DNA of 64,000 bases from Candidatus Latescibacterota bacterium (GTDB lineage: Bacteria; Latescibacterota; UBA2968; UBA8231). The translations under genes and the position numbers were made by a program. How positions within the stretch are numbered: position 1 is the stretch's first letter; each line of letters starts with the position of its first letter. The notes beneath the pieces were generated by a model. It saw nothing but the letters and a program-made list of their open reading frames with translations. It was not told the origin of the DNA and did not search any database. The stretch is from contig OZ244561.1 in assembly GCA_965217585.1 (NCBI GenBank), positions 5,056,001 to 5,120,000 on the forward strand, given 5' to 3'. This document shows positions 48,811 through 60,168 of the stretch, piece by piece.

Positions 48811-50697
48811 TCACCACGGCGGGGCCAGACTCGGCTCGTGGACGAAGCGCTTCATGCCCAGCACGAGTCGGGCCTGGGTGCGCGGCGGCAGAGCCAGCGC
48901 GAACGTCTTGCCGCTCACCGGAACGCGCTGGGACGCCCCGTCGACCTCGACCTCGGTGAACTCGTGTTCCCCCATGCCCCCCGCCTGGATCAGCACCTCC
49001 CGGCGCTCCGTCGGGCTTACGTTCACCACGGTCAGTTCGGCCCGGTCGTCGTTCAGCCCCGACACCAGCGCGGCCACGTCGGGCGGAAGCCCCGGACGAC
49101 GGCGCTGGCGATCGAAGTGACGCAGTCTCGTGACCAGCAGGCCCCCATTGTAGTGCGGCAGAGGAGCGCCCATGGTGAGCTGCACCAGGCCTTCACAAGT
49201 AACAGGATTCCGCTGCTGGAAATAGGCGTCGCCATAGCTGGCCGGGTCCTGGTCGTCCTGCGCCATGAAGTCGAGGCGCGCCTGCACCTGGCCCAGATTG
49301 TGTTGCAGGATCCGCTCCGGATACTCGGGGAACTCGCCGTGCAGGTAGGCCATCCAGCCCCAGTCGTGCCCGCCCTGATCCTTGGTGTGGTGCCACGAGT
49401 TGACGGCGAACGGATCACCCGACCGCTTGCGGGTCCGCTCGAATCGCCGTGAATCGGATCGGGCCATCGACATGCACCACAGATGGGCGATGTCGGACGG
49501 GTACATGGGCATGAACTCGAACCAGCCGTCCTGCTGCAGGGCGGTGCCGTCCTCCTGCCGGATCGGGTCGTACAGCCACGGGCCCGGCTCGTAGTCGACC
49601 AGCCCGGGATCATCGTACTTGTGGGGCACGTAGAGCTGATCGTCGCGCTCGATCCCGCGGGAAATGAGGACGTCGATCTGCGACCGCGGAAAATCCATGT
49701 ATTCCAGGCGGCGCGTCAGCAGGGCGCAGTTCTGGGCTGCGACCCCCACGGCCTGCCCCACGCTGTGCCAACCGTGGGGCCAGGCCCAGCCGTAGCTCGA
49801 CCCATACCACTTGCCGTTGGTGTGTTCGCCCACGACACCGGAGAGGCCGACGTTGTCGGGCACGATGCCGCCGTTGGCGTCGGCGCGCTCCATCCAGGCC
49901 TCGGTATATTCCAGGACCCAGTCGCGGTACTTCCCGTCCGCCGTCAGCAGGTAGGCGTTTGCCCCCAGGGTGGTCGCCAGGAGGTTGACCACGGCGTCGC
50001 CGCGGCCCATGCGATCGCGCATGGCCTGGCCCAGCCGCTCGGCCAACTCGGGACTACCTCGCACCACCTCGTGATTGGTGCATCCCGGCACGTCGTAGAA
50101 GGGCAGGTTGTACCCCTCATAGGGCCAATGCGGACCTTCCTCGAAGGCCCAGTAGGCCGGCCCCTTGCTGCCGTTTCTCGCGCAGCGGATGATCCGGTGT
50201 TCCGGGTCGTAGTTGGGTGCCTCCGGATCCTCACCGAGGAACAGCCCGGCGAAGCGCCGGGCCCGCTCGATGTTGGCCCCGTTGGTCGGATCGGCCATGC
50301 AGAGCATGTAGAACAGGTAGTTGCCCTCGCCCTGATGGAACCAGTCGTAGCCCGGCTGGTACTCCCGCACCACCATGGGGTAGCCGTGTCCCGTGCCATG
50401 CTGGCTCATCTGCTCATTGATGACGTCGAATTCCCGCTGGGCGTCGGCCAGGAACCGGTCGCTGCCGCCGAGAAGGTAGAAGAGCGGCCAGTTGTGGAAG
50501 CTCTCGTAGCAGTCATCCAGCGCGTCGATGCTCTGGAAGTCGGGACTGGGGGGCCAGAGCAGGCGCCCATCCGGATGGGTGTACCTCTCGAGCGCCTGCG
50601 GAGCGGCGTCCTCGATTGCGTCGAATAGCTGGCGCTGAAGCAGGGCCCACTTCGGTGGTGTCTGGGCCGATTCGCGCGCCTTTAGGGAGACTGCCAT
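48811..50697 (-). CDS. Conserved hypothetical protein, probable alpha/alpha-barrel glycoside hydrolase/lyase-like
   Basis: Start MAVSL with aggag RBS; DDCYESFHNWPLFY, YDWFHQGEG, PDNVGLSG.VGE, NPV.CEGLVQLT.G. Confidence 0.7.
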   Translation of the reverse strand: MAVSLKARESAQTPPKWALLQRQLFDAIEDAAPQALERYTHPDGRLLWPPSPDFQSIDALDDCYESFHNWPLFYLLGGSDRFLADAQREFDVINEQMSQHGTGHGYPMVVREYQPGYDWFHQGEGNYLFYMLCMADPTNGANIERARRFAGLFLGEDPEAPNYDPEHRIIRCARNGSKGPAYWAFEEGPHWPYEGYNLPFYDVPGCTNHEVVRGSPELAERLGQAMRDRMGRGDAVVNLLATTLGANAYLLTADGKYRDWVLEYTEAWMERADANGGIVPDNVGLSGVVGEHTNGKWYGSSYGWAWPHGWHSVGQAVGVAAQNCALLTRRLEYMDFPRSQIDVLISRGIERDDQLYVPHKYDDPGLVDYEPGPWLYDPIRQEDGTALQQDGWFEFMPMYPSDIAHLWCMSMARSDSRRFERTRKRSGDPFAVNSWHHTKDQGGHDWGWMAYLHGEFPEYPERILQHNLGQVQARLDFMAQDDQDPASYGDAYFQQRNPVTCEGLVQLTMGAPLPHYNGGLLVTRLRHFDRQRRRPGLPPDVAALVSGLNDDRAELTVVNVSPTERREVLIQAGGMGEHEFTEVEVDGASQRVPVSGKTFALALPPRTQARLVLGMKRFVHEPSLAPPW

Positions 50698-50765
50698 GGT
50701 CACTCTCCTTCCGTTTTGGGCTGGTACCACTCGATGATCAAGGTATGCTCCCCCGGTCTGATTCC

Positions 50766-52532
50766 TCAGGGGCCGGAAGCCGGATCGAGGCGTCCCACCT
50801 TGCCCTCGACCAGCGTGACGAACTGATCGGGTCTCAGACCAGTTAGGCGCTTGACCGCGCCGCTGGGCCAGCGGATCCGCACCGAGTCGACCCGCGTCCG
50901 GGCGCCCAGCCCGAAACTCACCCGCATGTCCCGCTGCGACAGATAGCTGAAGCTGCCCCGGACCTCCTGCACTTGGTAGAGGTCGCCCGCCCACACCTCG
51001 ATCCGTGCCCCGATGCCGTCCCGGTTGCTCGGTCCGCCCCGGGTGGAGATGGTGAGCCAGTGGCGCGAATTCCCCCCCTCGTTCCGCAGCAGGGCGGGCG
51101 ACTGCCCGCTGTTGGTGACCACGATGTCCGCGTCGCCGTCGTTGTCGTAATCACCCACGGCGCAGCCGCGGCTGACCCGCGCCCGTGCTAGGGCCGCTCC
51201 CGCCTGGGAAGAGATGTCCCGGAACCGGTACTGGCCGCGGACGTCGGGTCCCTGGTTCCGCAGCAGCAGGTTCGGCTGGGCGTAGCTACTGGACTCGTGG
51301 AACGCTGAGGTATTGTCGAGCACGTGGCCATTGGCCACGAACAGGTCCTGGTACCCGTCGTTGTCGTAGTCGACGAAGCCGATGCCGAACGAAAGGTAGC
51401 GCAGGCTGACCAGACCGACACCTGCGGGGTAAGAGGCGTGCGGGAAGAACCCGGTGCCCCAGTTCTGGTACAGGCTAACGGGCTCGTTCTCGAAATTGGT
51501 GACCACCAGGTCTTGGTCGCCGTCGTTGTCGTAGTCGGCCGCATCGACCCCCATTCCCGCCTCCTGTTGGCCGTCTTGGCCGTAGGCCACGCCGGCCAAC
51601 CTGCCGAGCTCGGTGAAGCGCCCGTCGCCCTCGTTGTGGTAGAGGAAGTTGGGCACGGCGTCATTGGCCACATAGAGGTCACTCCAGCCGTCGTTGTCGT
51701 AGTCGGTGGCCACCACGCCCAGCCCCCGCCCGGCCGCGGCTGAGGTGTCCACCAGCCCGGCCAGCCGATTCACGGCGCGAAAACGACCGTCGCCCTCGTT
51801 GCGAAACAGATGGTCCTCGGCGCCGGCGAAGTTCCGCGGATGGGGGTACGCCTTGATGCCTTCTGCGGGGGCGCGCTGAGACATGGCCAGGTAGGCTTCC
51901 AGATCCTTCTCGGCGTAGGCCAGGTCGTAGTGGACGTAGTTGGCCACGTACAGGTCGAGGTCCCCGTCGTTGTCGTAGTCGACGAAGGTGCTGCCCATGC
52001 TCCAGATGGTGTCTCCCACCGCGGCCTGATCAGTGACATCGCGGTACCGCCCATGGCCCTCGTTGCGGTACATGACGTTGGCGCCGTAGTTGGTCAGGTA
52101 CAGGTCCTGGTCGCCGTCGTTGTCATAGTCGGCAAACGCGCATCCCATGCCATGGCCCGGGTCGGCTACGCCAGCGTCCCGCGCCACCTCCACAAAGCGG
52201 CCGCCCTCGTTGCGAAACAGCGCATTGACTGGATCCGGCGAGCCTTTGTAGCTTGGGAATGCAGCGCCGTTGACGAAGTATATGTCCAGGTCCTGGTCAC
52301 CGTCGAAGTCGACGAAACCAACCCCAGAGCCCATGGTCTCCGGGAAGTACCGCCGACCGCTGGCCCCGGTGACGTGCTGGAACTTGACCCCGACCTGCTC
52401 GGCCACGTCGACGTATTCTATCGCGGGAAGAGGAGCGGGTTGAGCGGCCCAGCCAGCGGGCGGACCCAGGCATAGCGCGGCCGCTATCCCCGCGTCGCTC
52501 AGGGCACCCAGTGGTCGGCGCACGGGACGCAA
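50766..52532 (-). CDS. CRTAC1-family FG-GAP repeat protein with ASPIC/UnbV domain
   Basis: Repeated DYDNDGD.DL; NRDGIGA; FGLG...VDSVRIRWPSG. Confidence 0.9.
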   Translation of the reverse strand: MRPVRRPLGALSDAGIAAALCLGPPAGWAAQPAPLPAIEYVDVAEQVGVKFQHVTGASGRRYFPETMGSGVGFVDFDGDQDLDIYFVNGAAFPSYKGSPDPVNALFRNEGGRFVEVARDAGVADPGHGMGCAFADYDNDGDQDLYLTNYGANVMYRNEGHGRYRDVTDQAAVGDTIWSMGSTFVDYDNDGDLDLYVANYVHYDLAYAEKDLEAYLAMSQRAPAEGIKAYPHPRNFAGAEDHLFRNEGDGRFRAVNRLAGLVDTSAAAGRGLGVVATDYDNDGWSDLYVANDAVPNFLYHNEGDGRFTELGRLAGVAYGQDGQQEAGMGVDAADYDNDGDQDLVVTNFENEPVSLYQNWGTGFFPHASYPAGVGLVSLRYLSFGIGFVDYDNDGYQDLFVANGHVLDNTSAFHESSSYAQPNLLLRNQGPDVRGQYRFRDISSQAGAALARARVSRGCAVGDYDNDGDADIVVTNSGQSPALLRNEGGNSRHWLTISTRGGPSNRDGIGARIEVWAGDLYQVQEVRGSFSYLSQRDMRVSFGLGARTRVDSVRIRWPSGAVKRLTGLRPDQFVTLVEGKVGRLDPASGP

Positions 52533-52571
52533 TCCTTCTTGCTGAAAGGCCGCTCGACCGGTCCCTTCTCT

Positions 52572-52720
52572 TCAAATCTCCCTGTACTCATCCTTCACCA
52601 GCCCGATTTGATTGAGCGGGATTTCCTCGAATCCTGTTGCCCGACCCGGGGCATCCTCTTTGAGCCGATAGTCGCCGTTGTCCGGATCCACGAAACCCGG
52701 GTCCTCGCCGACAACCAGCC
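52572..52720 (-). pseudogene. Second beta-helix-type C-terminal remnant
   Basis: Manual translation VVGEDPGFVDPDNGDYRLKEDAPGRATGFEEIPLNQIGLVKDEYREI*. Confidence 0.55.
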
Positions 52721-53036
52721 GCTTGCTGTTCTCTTTCGATTTGATTGCACTTCCCGTGTTTCCAGCAATTTCCTTTTCTCATCGTCAGTGGATGCAAAAA
52801 GGCTTCCAAGGCTCTCCACGATGAAATCCCTGAAAACATCTACCTGATGTGCCGTTGCAGTATTATCTACTATTGTCAATATCGGCCTCTGCATATCGTT
52901 CCGCATTGGGATGTCCATGCCTTCTTCCTCCTAAGTCAAAAATGAACCAGCGCCACCAGCCGAGCGCCCGGTATCAGCAACGAGATCTCCTTGCCTCTCT
53001 CAGTCGTTGAGATCCATAGCGCCGCTCCTTTGGGAC

Positions 53037-56000
53037 TCAGTAACCACTAATCACTAATTCTGCCTGCTCTAGGACGGTGCGCGTCGCTTGCTCCTGCTTG
53101 TCCGGCGGGTAGCCGTGGCGTCTCAGCGTGCGCTTAACCAACGTGCGCAGCTTAGCACGCACGTTCTCTCGCAGCGTCCAGTCGATGGTGACGTTGTTGC
53201 GGACGGTCTCGACTAACTCGCGGGCTATGTTGCACAGGGTCTCGTCGCCCAAGATTTGGACGGCGCTGTCGTTGGTCTCCAGCGCGTCGTAGAAGGCCAG
53301 CTCGTCTTCAGTAAGGCCTAGTTGCTCGCCACGGGCGTTGGCCTCGCGCATCTCCTTGGCAAGCCCAATTAGTTCCTCGATCACCTGCGCGGCCTCGATG
53401 GCCCGATTCTGATAGCGGCGCAGGGTCTGCTCTAGCATCTCGGCGAAAGAACGCGCTTGCACTACGTTTTTTCGCCGGCGGGTAGTGAGTTCGCCCTTGA
53501 GCAGCTTCTGAAGCAGTTCCACGGCGAGGTTGCGCTGCGGCATCCCCTTTACCTCGGCGAGGAATTCGTCTGATAGTACCGAGAGGTCCGGCTTTTCCAG
53601 CCCGGCCGCAGCAAAGATATCCATTACTCCCTCGGAAGCCACGGCCTGCGAGATGAGCTGGCGCACCGCGTGGTCCATTTCCTCCTTGGACCGTGCGCCG
53701 CCAGGGGCGCTCTTGGCGAGCACGGATTGCACGGCTTGGAAGAACCCCACGTCGTCCCGGATGTGCAGGGCGTCCTCGTGCGGCACGGCCAAGGCAAAGG
53801 CTTGGGACAGCTCGCGCACGGCCTGCACGCAGCGGTCTTTCCCGTCTTCTTGTGCCAAGATGTGTTCCTGAGCGACGGGCAACAGGCCCAGCCGTTCCTG
53901 CGGTGTACCGCTGATCCACTTCGACCGGTCGAACCCGTAGAACAGGCCACAGCAGATCTCGTACTTTTCCAGCATCACGGCCACGGCCTCGCTTTGATCC
54001 AGTGCCGTTTGCCCCGTGCCTCCGCTCTCGGTGTACGTGGCAAGGGCGCGTCTTAGCTCCTGGGCCAGCCCCAAGTAATCCACCACGAGACCGCCGGGTT
54101 TGTCCTTGAACACGCGGTTGACTCGGGCGATGGACTGCATCAGCCCGTGGCCGCGCATGGGCTTGTCCACATACATAGTGTGCAGGCTCGGCGCGTCAAA
54201 GCCGGTCAGCCACATGTCGCGCACGATCACCATGTGCAGCGGATCGGCGGCGGCGCGGAACCGCTTGGCTAGGGCCTCGCGCCGGGGCTTGTTGCGGATG
54301 TGCGGTTGCCATTCCAGCGGGTCGGATGCCGAGCCGGTCATCACGACCTTGATGGCTCCCTGCATGTCGTCCTCGCTATGCCAGTCGGGGCGCAGGCTTA
54401 CCAGTTCGCGGTAGAGGTCAATGCAGATGCGGCGGCTCATACAGACGACCATCGCCTTGCCGTCTAGGGCTTCGAGGCGCTGCTCAAAGTGCTGGACGAT
54501 GTCTTGGGCGATCAGCTTCAGCCGCTCCTTTGTGCCGACGAGGGCCTCCAACTGCGCCCACTTGGTCTTGATCTTCTCCTTGCGCTCTACCTCCTCGCCC
54601 TCGGTCACTTCCTCGAACTTGGGGTCGATGAGCGGACGTTCGCGTTCGTTTAGGGCCAGCTTGGCGAGCCTGCTCTCGTAGTAGATGGGCACCGTGGCTC
54701 CATCCTCGACCGAGCGCTGGATGTCGTAGATGCTGATGTAGTCGCCGAACACGGCGCGGGTGTTGGCATCCTGCCGCTCGATGGGAGTACCGGTGAAGCC
54801 GACAAAGGAAGCCTGTGGCAGGGCGTCGCGCAGATGCCGTGCGAAGCCGTCGATGAAGTCGTACTGGCTGCGATGAGCCTCGTCGGCGATGACCACGATG
54901 TTGGGTCGCGGGGAAAGCACTGGATGCGCGTCGCCCTTCTCTTCGGGGAAAAACTTCTGGATGGTCGTGAAGACCACACCGCCCGATTCGACCGAGAGCT
55001 TGCTGCGCAGGTCGGCCCGGCTGTCCGCCTGCACCGGCGACTGGCGCAGCAGGTCCTGGCAGCGAGAAAAGGTGCTGAAGAGCTGGTTATCCAAGTCATT
55101 GCGGTCGGTCAGCACGACGATGGTGGGATTTTCCATGGCCAGCTCGCGGATGATGCACCCGGCATAGAAGACCATAGTCAGACTTTTGCCCGACCCTTGC
55201 GTGTGCCAGACCACACCGATGCGCCGATCGCCGGGGTCGCCACCGGGCTGTTGGCCCGATTCGTAGCGCCCTAGGTCATCGCCGATACGCTCTGCTGATC
55301 GCTGCAATTGGGCGGCCCGCAAGGTCTCGTCAGCGGCGACCCGGACCGCGTGGTACTGGTGATAGCCGGCCATCTTCTTGACGAGCGCAGCGCTACCATC
55401 GTCCTCAAACGCGATGAAGTCGCGTACGAGGGCCAGAAACCGCCCCGGCTCGCAGACGCCCTCCAAGGCGACCTGTAACTCCGGCTTATTGGGATCGGCT
55501 AGCGTTTCGCCGGTGATGGTGCGCCAAGGCTTGAACCACTCCCGTCCGGCAGTGAGTGTGCCGATGCGAGCCTGTGTTCCGTCCGACACCATCAGCAGTT
55601 CATTGAACGCAAACAGCGTCGGCAATTCGGCCTTATAGGTCTGGAATTGTTGCCAAGCCGTCCAGATGGTGGCGTCTTCGTCCGCTGGGTTCTTGAGTTC
55701 GATCACGTCCAGCGGTAGGCCGTTGACGAATAGCACGATGTCCGGGCGGCGGGTATGCCGGTTTTCGGAGACGGTGAACTGATTGACTGCCAGCCAGTCG
55801 TTGGCTCCCACATCGTCGAAGTTGATTATCTGCGCTTGCATTCCACGGATCGAACCGTCACTGGCCCGATATTCGACCGTCACGCCGTCTACTAGCATCT
55901 GGTGAAAAGTGCGGTTGCGCACTTCGAGGGTTACGCCTACCGGGAGGGTCAGCTTGCGGAAGGCATCGTCGAGAGCATCAGCCGGTAACAAGGGATTTAG

Positions 56001-56171
56001 CCGGGCCAAGGCGTCACGCAACCGCTGTTCCAAGATGACTTGACCGTAGTCAGTGCGCTCCGCGTCAACAGCGCCGGGGGCGATGTCTGGTCCGTGGGCA
56101 ATCGTCCAACCGAGATTTTCGAGATAGGCGAGAGCGGCGTCTTCGACGACGGCTTCGGTGAGGGTGGTCAT
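53037..56171 (-). CDS. hsdR: Type I restriction enzyme subunit R
   Basis: [49 protein letters not shown]. Confidence 0.95.
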   Translation of the reverse strand: MTTLTEAVVEDAALAYLENLGWTIAHGPDIAPGAVDAERTDYGQVILEQRLRDALARLNPLLPADALDDAFRKLTLPVGVTLEVRNRTFHQMLVDGVTVEYRASDGSIRGMQAQIINFDDVGANDWLAVNQFTVSENRHTRRPDIVLFVNGLPLDVIELKNPADEDATIWTAWQQFQTYKAELPTLFAFNELLMVSDGTQARIGTLTAGREWFKPWRTITGETLADPNKPELQVALEGVCEPGRFLALVRDFIAFEDDGSAALVKKMAGYHQYHAVRVAADETLRAAQLQRSAERIGDDLGRYESGQQPGGDPGDRRIGVVWHTQGSGKSLTMVFYAGCIIRELAMENPTIVVLTDRNDLDNQLFSTFSRCQDLLRQSPVQADSRADLRSKLSVESGGVVFTTIQKFFPEEKGDAHPVLSPRPNIVVIADEAHRSQYDFIDGFARHLRDALPQASFVGFTGTPIERQDANTRAVFGDYISIYDIQRSVEDGATVPIYYESRLAKLALNERERPLIDPKFEEVTEGEEVERKEKIKTKWAQLEALVGTKERLKLIAQDIVQHFEQRLEALDGKAMVVCMSRRICIDLYRELVSLRPDWHSEDDMQGAIKVVMTGSASDPLEWQPHIRNKPRREALAKRFRAAADPLHMVIVRDMWLTGFDAPSLHTMYVDKPMRGHGLMQSIARVNRVFKDKPGGLVVDYLGLAQELRRALATYTESGGTGQTALDQSEAVAVMLEKYEICCGLFYGFDRSKWISGTPQERLGLLPVAQEHILAQEDGKDRCVQAVRELSQAFALAVPHEDALHIRDDVGFFQAVQSVLAKSAPGGARSKEEMDHAVRQLISQAVASEGVMDIFAAAGLEKPDLSVLSDEFLAEVKGMPQRNLAVELLQKLLKGELTTRRRKNVVQARSFAEMLEQTLRRYQNRAIEAAQVIEELIGLAKEMREANARGEQLGLTEDELAFYDALETNDSAVQILGDETLCNIARELVETVRNNVTIDWTLRENVRAKLRTLVKRTLRRHGYPPDKQEQATRTVLEQAELVISGY

Positions 56172-56187
56172 TGAGATTTTCTATTAC

Positions 56188-56952
56188 TCATGCGGCAAGT
56201 TCCTCCCGCACATCCTCCCGCTGGCTCCACATCACCGGTCTCACATCGTAGCTTCGTAGAGCATCCAGCGCAGCCAGAGGCACCGTCTGCTCCGAGTCAT
56301 TCAGCAGTACATATGCACGCGATTCGGGGGTACGCACCTCCTTCGTGTCGATCCATGAGAGAACCACTGCCTGAGCGGTGTTGCGATTCGGTCGGTTGAT
56401 TGTCTGGATGATGCGCTCCGGTTGCTGCCGTGACTTCGGAATCACGAAATCGAAGAGATGATCGTACCCGGTCTTTCCAGTGAACTTTACCTGTGGCGTA
56501 TAGCGAATGTCATGCACATCCAGCCAAGCAACGACATCTTCGTAGAACAAGCTCGACACCATAGGCACCGATAGATAGAACATATCATTGACGGCAAGCA
56601 TGGACTGCACAAGGTTGTGTTTACGCAGCGCGAAATTGTCGGGCGACGCATGAACCTGCAACGCCTTGCCGTCCTGCTGCACACCGAAGCCGTTGAGCGT
56701 CATCTTGAGCAGGTCTTGACGTTTGCGGCTTTTGAGATTGCAACCGCTTTGTGCCAAGTCGTCAATCGTATATCCGTCGTCCGTCAGCACAAATCCTCCG
56801 TTGGCTTCCTTGGCGTAGATCTGCACATAGTCGTTATGGCGATCGAGATAGGGCGTGGTGATCTCGACCCATTGGCCAACCTCCCGTAGTACAGTCTTGT
56901 CCCGGAGCCACAAGTGGTAGTCATTGAGCAAATTCTGAATGTCCTGAATCAT
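56188..56952 (-). CDS. DUF1828/DUF1829-like protein (C-terminal PD-(D/E)XK-like domain)
   Basis: [35 protein letters not shown]. Confidence 0.75.
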   Translation of the reverse strand: MIQDIQNLLNDYHLWLRDKTVLREVGQWVEITTPYLDRHNDYVQIYAKEANGGFVLTDDGYTIDDLAQSGCNLKSRKRQDLLKMTLNGFGVQQDGKALQVHASPDNFALRKHNLVQSMLAVNDMFYLSVPMVSSLFYEDVVAWLDVHDIRYTPQVKFTGKTGYDHLFDFVIPKSRQQPERIIQTINRPNRNTAQAVVLSWIDTKEVRTPESRAYVLLNDSEQTVPLAALDALRSYDVRPVMWSQREDVREELAA

Positions 56953-57398
56953 GTGAGTAGCTCCTGTTTGACGTTGGGTGGCCGAGTGATATTGCAGAAC
57001 CGCATGAAGTCTTCAAATGTCATCCACACGTCGGCGACTGCACGGAACTGGTCCGTCGGAACAGGCATAGCCCACTTATCGCCGTAGCCTTCGCGGTAAA
57101 CGTGGAGGTGGGGCACCGGGATCTCTTTACCATCCGGGTTACGATGTGGGGCACCGCCCAAGTCGAGACGAACGAGCACGACGACTTGCCGCCCCCGCGT
57201 CTGCATCTTGACCTTTTTTAGATTGATGCGACCGCGGCTCAGGTCGAGCAGGAACTGCTCTCGCCTGTCGGCGGACTGAAGCGGCAGGACTACGGACTCG
57301 CCCCCCATTGGGAAGTCAGTCCGATCATCTGTTACGCGGTGTTTTTCCATGGCTATCAAAGCGTCCGCCTCCGCTTGAGTAAGGCTTATGTCTGCCAT
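56949..57398 (-). CDS. DUF6978-like protein
   Basis: [41 protein letters not shown]. Confidence 0.7.
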   Translation of the reverse strand: MADISLTQAEADALIAMEKHRVTDDRTDFPMGGESVVLPLQSADRREQFLLDLSRGRINLKKVKMQTRGRQVVVLVRLDLGGAPHRNPDGKEIPVPHLHVYREGYGDKWAMPVPTDQFRAVADVWMTFEDFMRFCNITRPPNVKQELLT

Positions 57399-57458
57399 TC
57401 GAGTTTCAGTCCTTTATTGGCGTTCTGCCAGCCCCCTTGGATCGCTTGGGTTCCCTCT

Positions 57459-58424
57459 TCACGAGTGTGCTTGGAACTCAGCGACTGCATGTTTCGCGAG
57501 CTTGCCAACAATTCTGGCGACTTCACGAACGTCACTCGATGCAAGTGTGATCTTTCGACCGACTACAGCGTCGATATCGTCCGTCTTACGGATGTAGGCT
57601 TCATCTACCACGCCCATTTTGTGGGACAAAAGATTCCGTTTCTGAAATCCACGAGTGACCTCTTCCCACTCCTGTGCTGTTATCCCATCGGAGAGGTCAA
57701 TATCAAACAATGCCGACAATTTTTTCTGGGCACCTCGCAGGTCTTGAAAGGATATTTTCTCCGCTCTGATAGGATTGATCGCCTTCTCGGCATGAACGCG
57801 ACAGATTTCTCGGCCGAAGCCATCGAAAGCCGAAATACAGTCTTCCAATGCGTTCTCAATGAGTCTTTCGGATACGTCCTTATCATCTGCCTTAGCTGCT
57901 AGACCCAACATCTTCTCCACCAGTTCGAGGTTCTTATCAAAAATCTGAGATGAATTGTGCTGGCCGCAGTCCGGGCAAAAAGCGAACACGCCATAGACAG
58001 CGTATCGCAGCGTGCAGCTATCGCATACAATTTCGGTCTCAAGCTTCTTTTCCCTGAATTTATGAATCGGAGTCAGGCGACTCGGGCTGACTTTCATCGA
58101 AATACCAATGCCGAACGCGCCCTTGGGTTTGTGATTGAACTATAGCTTCTTGAGGTCCTTGTGGAACGCATCCGTTATCTTCCGTATAGCAACGGATTTG
58201 GCGTATTCGATCTGTGCCTTTGTCCAAAATTGATCATGGCCAGCAGTATGATCGCAGTAAGGGCAGTGACAGGGGATGCCCACACCTTTGAGGCCTGTAC
58301 CAAGTTCGATCTTGAAGTATCCTTCGCAATCTGCCTGTGGGCATTCACGGCCAGTGAAGCCGTCGTCATCAGCCGGGATTGAAATCGACATGCTGCTGCC
58401 AAGCCTCCGAAGGTGATTCATCAA
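57459..58424 (-). pseudogene. Zn-ribbon plus HEPN-like protein with in-frame amber stop at 58140-58142
   Basis: ...KDLKKL TAG FNHKPKGAFGIGISMKV is in frame; CxxC pairs; RNLLSH (Rx4H). Confidence 0.75.
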
Positions 58425-59620
58425 ATTGTCCTCCTAGTGAATTGCTTTGTATCCCTCACCCACAACTCGCCCGACATCAACTTCGGCAACAGCGCGTCCC
58501 TTAAAGCGGCGAGGGTGCGGGATTCTTCCTCCAGACGATGGCGACGTGTGAATATTTCAATGGCATAATGATTGAATTCGTCTATCACCTGTTTATCAGG
58601 GACAAGCTGCCTGTTCATATACGCGAGATTCCGATTGAGACCCGGCACCGCCGAATCAGCCGCAATGGACGGGAGGTCTTGAGTAGTCAAGGCAAAGAAC
58701 AGAAAGGGCAAATCTCCTTCTGTATTTCTTGGAACGACATAAAACGTCGTGTCGATTGGGAAGAAATCGCTATGCGCCCATGTGACGATGCCTGGGTTGC
58801 CCTTCCTGCCAACAACAATGCCTGGACCGGCTGCTAATTTCTTGTCGTGCCATCCTACTTGTCCGTTTGAGCCATATACCGGAATGGAGCCATTCTTCCG
58901 GTCGTCTGCTTTCAGAGCTTTGCCGTAGGCCAGTTCGATAAGCTCCCCCAGTGCCTTTACCTCCCATCTCTCCGGTATCTCCCCCAACTCCGATTCCACC
59001 AGCCGGTCAGGAAAGAGATCGGCAACATCCGGCGGCAGCCCGGTATCCCGCCCTTCCATCTTGGCACGAACTGGATCGAAATCGACGAACCACGACTTGA
59101 ACAGCGCCCGCGCCATCTCCTCCAGCGTCTCATTCATGCGCCGGTTGAGTTCAATCTTGTCGTCGAGGGTGCCGAGGATGTGGGCGATGGCGCGTTGCTC
59201 GCTTACATCGGTTGGATAGCGGACCGTTGCTTGGTGTAAGTGATTCCGGTTCAGGCCCGGTACCGCCGCCTTATCCGAATAGGCTAAGAAATCGAGTCCA
59301 CGAAGAAAGTAACTGATGAACCGTGGATCATTGCCCTTGAACTGTCGGACGTACAGCGTCGTGTTAAGCGGCCAGAAGTCATCCGGTACAAAGAAGACTT
59401 GGCCCAACGTACCATATCGACCAGTTACGACTCCGGGGCCTTTGACTTTGGCCTCCACGTGGTAATCTGATACCCCGGAAGACGAGACAAGAGGCACGGA
59501 CCCAGGGACACGCTTATGCTGTGGAAGATCATATCCGCGTTTAAGCTCAATCACTTCACCCAAACTGGTTTCAAGCCATTCTCCCCCGATGTCAGTGGCC
59601 ACTCCATCGCCTCTTGCCAT
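58421..59620 (-). CDS. hsdS: Type I R-M specificity subunit S
   Basis: Two TRDs; EQRAIAHILGTLDDKIELNRRMNETLEEMARALFKSWF; LRDALLPKLMSGE. Confidence 0.93.
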   Translation of the reverse strand: MARGDGVATDIGGEWLETSLGEVIELKRGYDLPQHKRVPGSVPLVSSSGVSDYHVEAKVKGPGVVTGRYGTLGQVFFVPDDFWPLNTTLYVRQFKGNDPRFISYFLRGLDFLAYSDKAAVPGLNRNHLHQATVRYPTDVSEQRAIAHILGTLDDKIELNRRMNETLEEMARALFKSWFVDFDPVRAKMEGRDTGLPPDVADLFPDRLVESELGEIPERWEVKALGELIELAYGKALKADDRKNGSIPVYGSNGQVGWHDKKLAAGPGIVVGRKGNPGIVTWAHSDFFPIDTTFYVVPRNTEGDLPFLFFALTTQDLPSIAADSAVPGLNRNLAYMNRQLVPDKQVIDEFNHYAIEIFTRRHRLEEESRTLAALRDALLPKLMSGELWVRDTKQFTRRTI

Positions 59621-59624
59621 AAAC

Positions 59625-59885
59625 TTACTCCAACGGTGCGATCCTGCCGGGCGGCTCTGAACGCTGCGCACGTATCCAAGCTGCCATCAGTTCGTCTTGG
59701 TGAAGGGATGCCCATTCCACCACAAGACGGCGGGCGCGGGTGGGGAGACGCCCCTCCACCACGCTGATGCTGTTTATCTCTATGACAGCTTCATGTTCAC
59801 CGTACAGCGCGTGAAAATGGGGCGGATTGTGGTCGCGAAAGTTAATGCGAATGCTGATGCCATAGAATCTACAGAGCTCAGGCAT
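59625..59885 (-). CDS. DUF4160 family protein (DhiT-like putative toxin)
   Basis: [11 protein letters not shown]...F.DHNPPHFHA.Y...W...H..EL...W. Confidence 0.85.
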   Translation of the reverse strand: MPELCRFYGISIRINFRDHNPPHFHALYGEHEAVIEINSISVVEGRLPTRARRLVVEWASLHQDELMAAWIRAQRSEPPGRIAPLE

Positions 59886-60168
59886 CGCGGCTCTGCATTA
59901 TCTGTTTCACGCCGGGCATCACTTCCTCAACAGATTTGCCTGTGAGTTCCATGTACAGAGCATCGGCGCAAAGGTCGATGTCATCGTCCCAAGCTATAGC
60001 TCTGTGGGGAGTTATATGCACCTTCTCGAAATATCCCGGTTCGTCCCAAACCTTGAACACGCCCTTTCCGGCAAGGTGCGACAGGTCAATCTCACCGGCA
60101 GTACCATCTTGGTACCGGAGCCAGATACGGTAGCCATCGCGCGCTTCTACTTCAGTTGGTTGAATCAT
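59878..60168 (-). CDS. DUF2442 family protein (DhiA-like putative antitoxin)
   Basis: Y.IWL.YQDG..G.IDL......GVF...[14 protein letters not shown]. Confidence 0.85.
   Translation of the reverse strand: MIQPTEVEARDGYRIWLRYQDGTAGEIDLSHLAGKGVFKVWDEPGYFEKVHITPHRAIAWDDDIDLCADALYMELTGKSVEEVMPGVKQIMQSRDA

Noticed and set aside
28522-52475. Long antisense or alternate-frame ORFs (e.g. 28522-30639, 31167-32519, 35593-37410, 43046-44863)
   Set aside because: Shadow ORFs of high-GC genes; Arg/Gly/Pro-rich with no motifs
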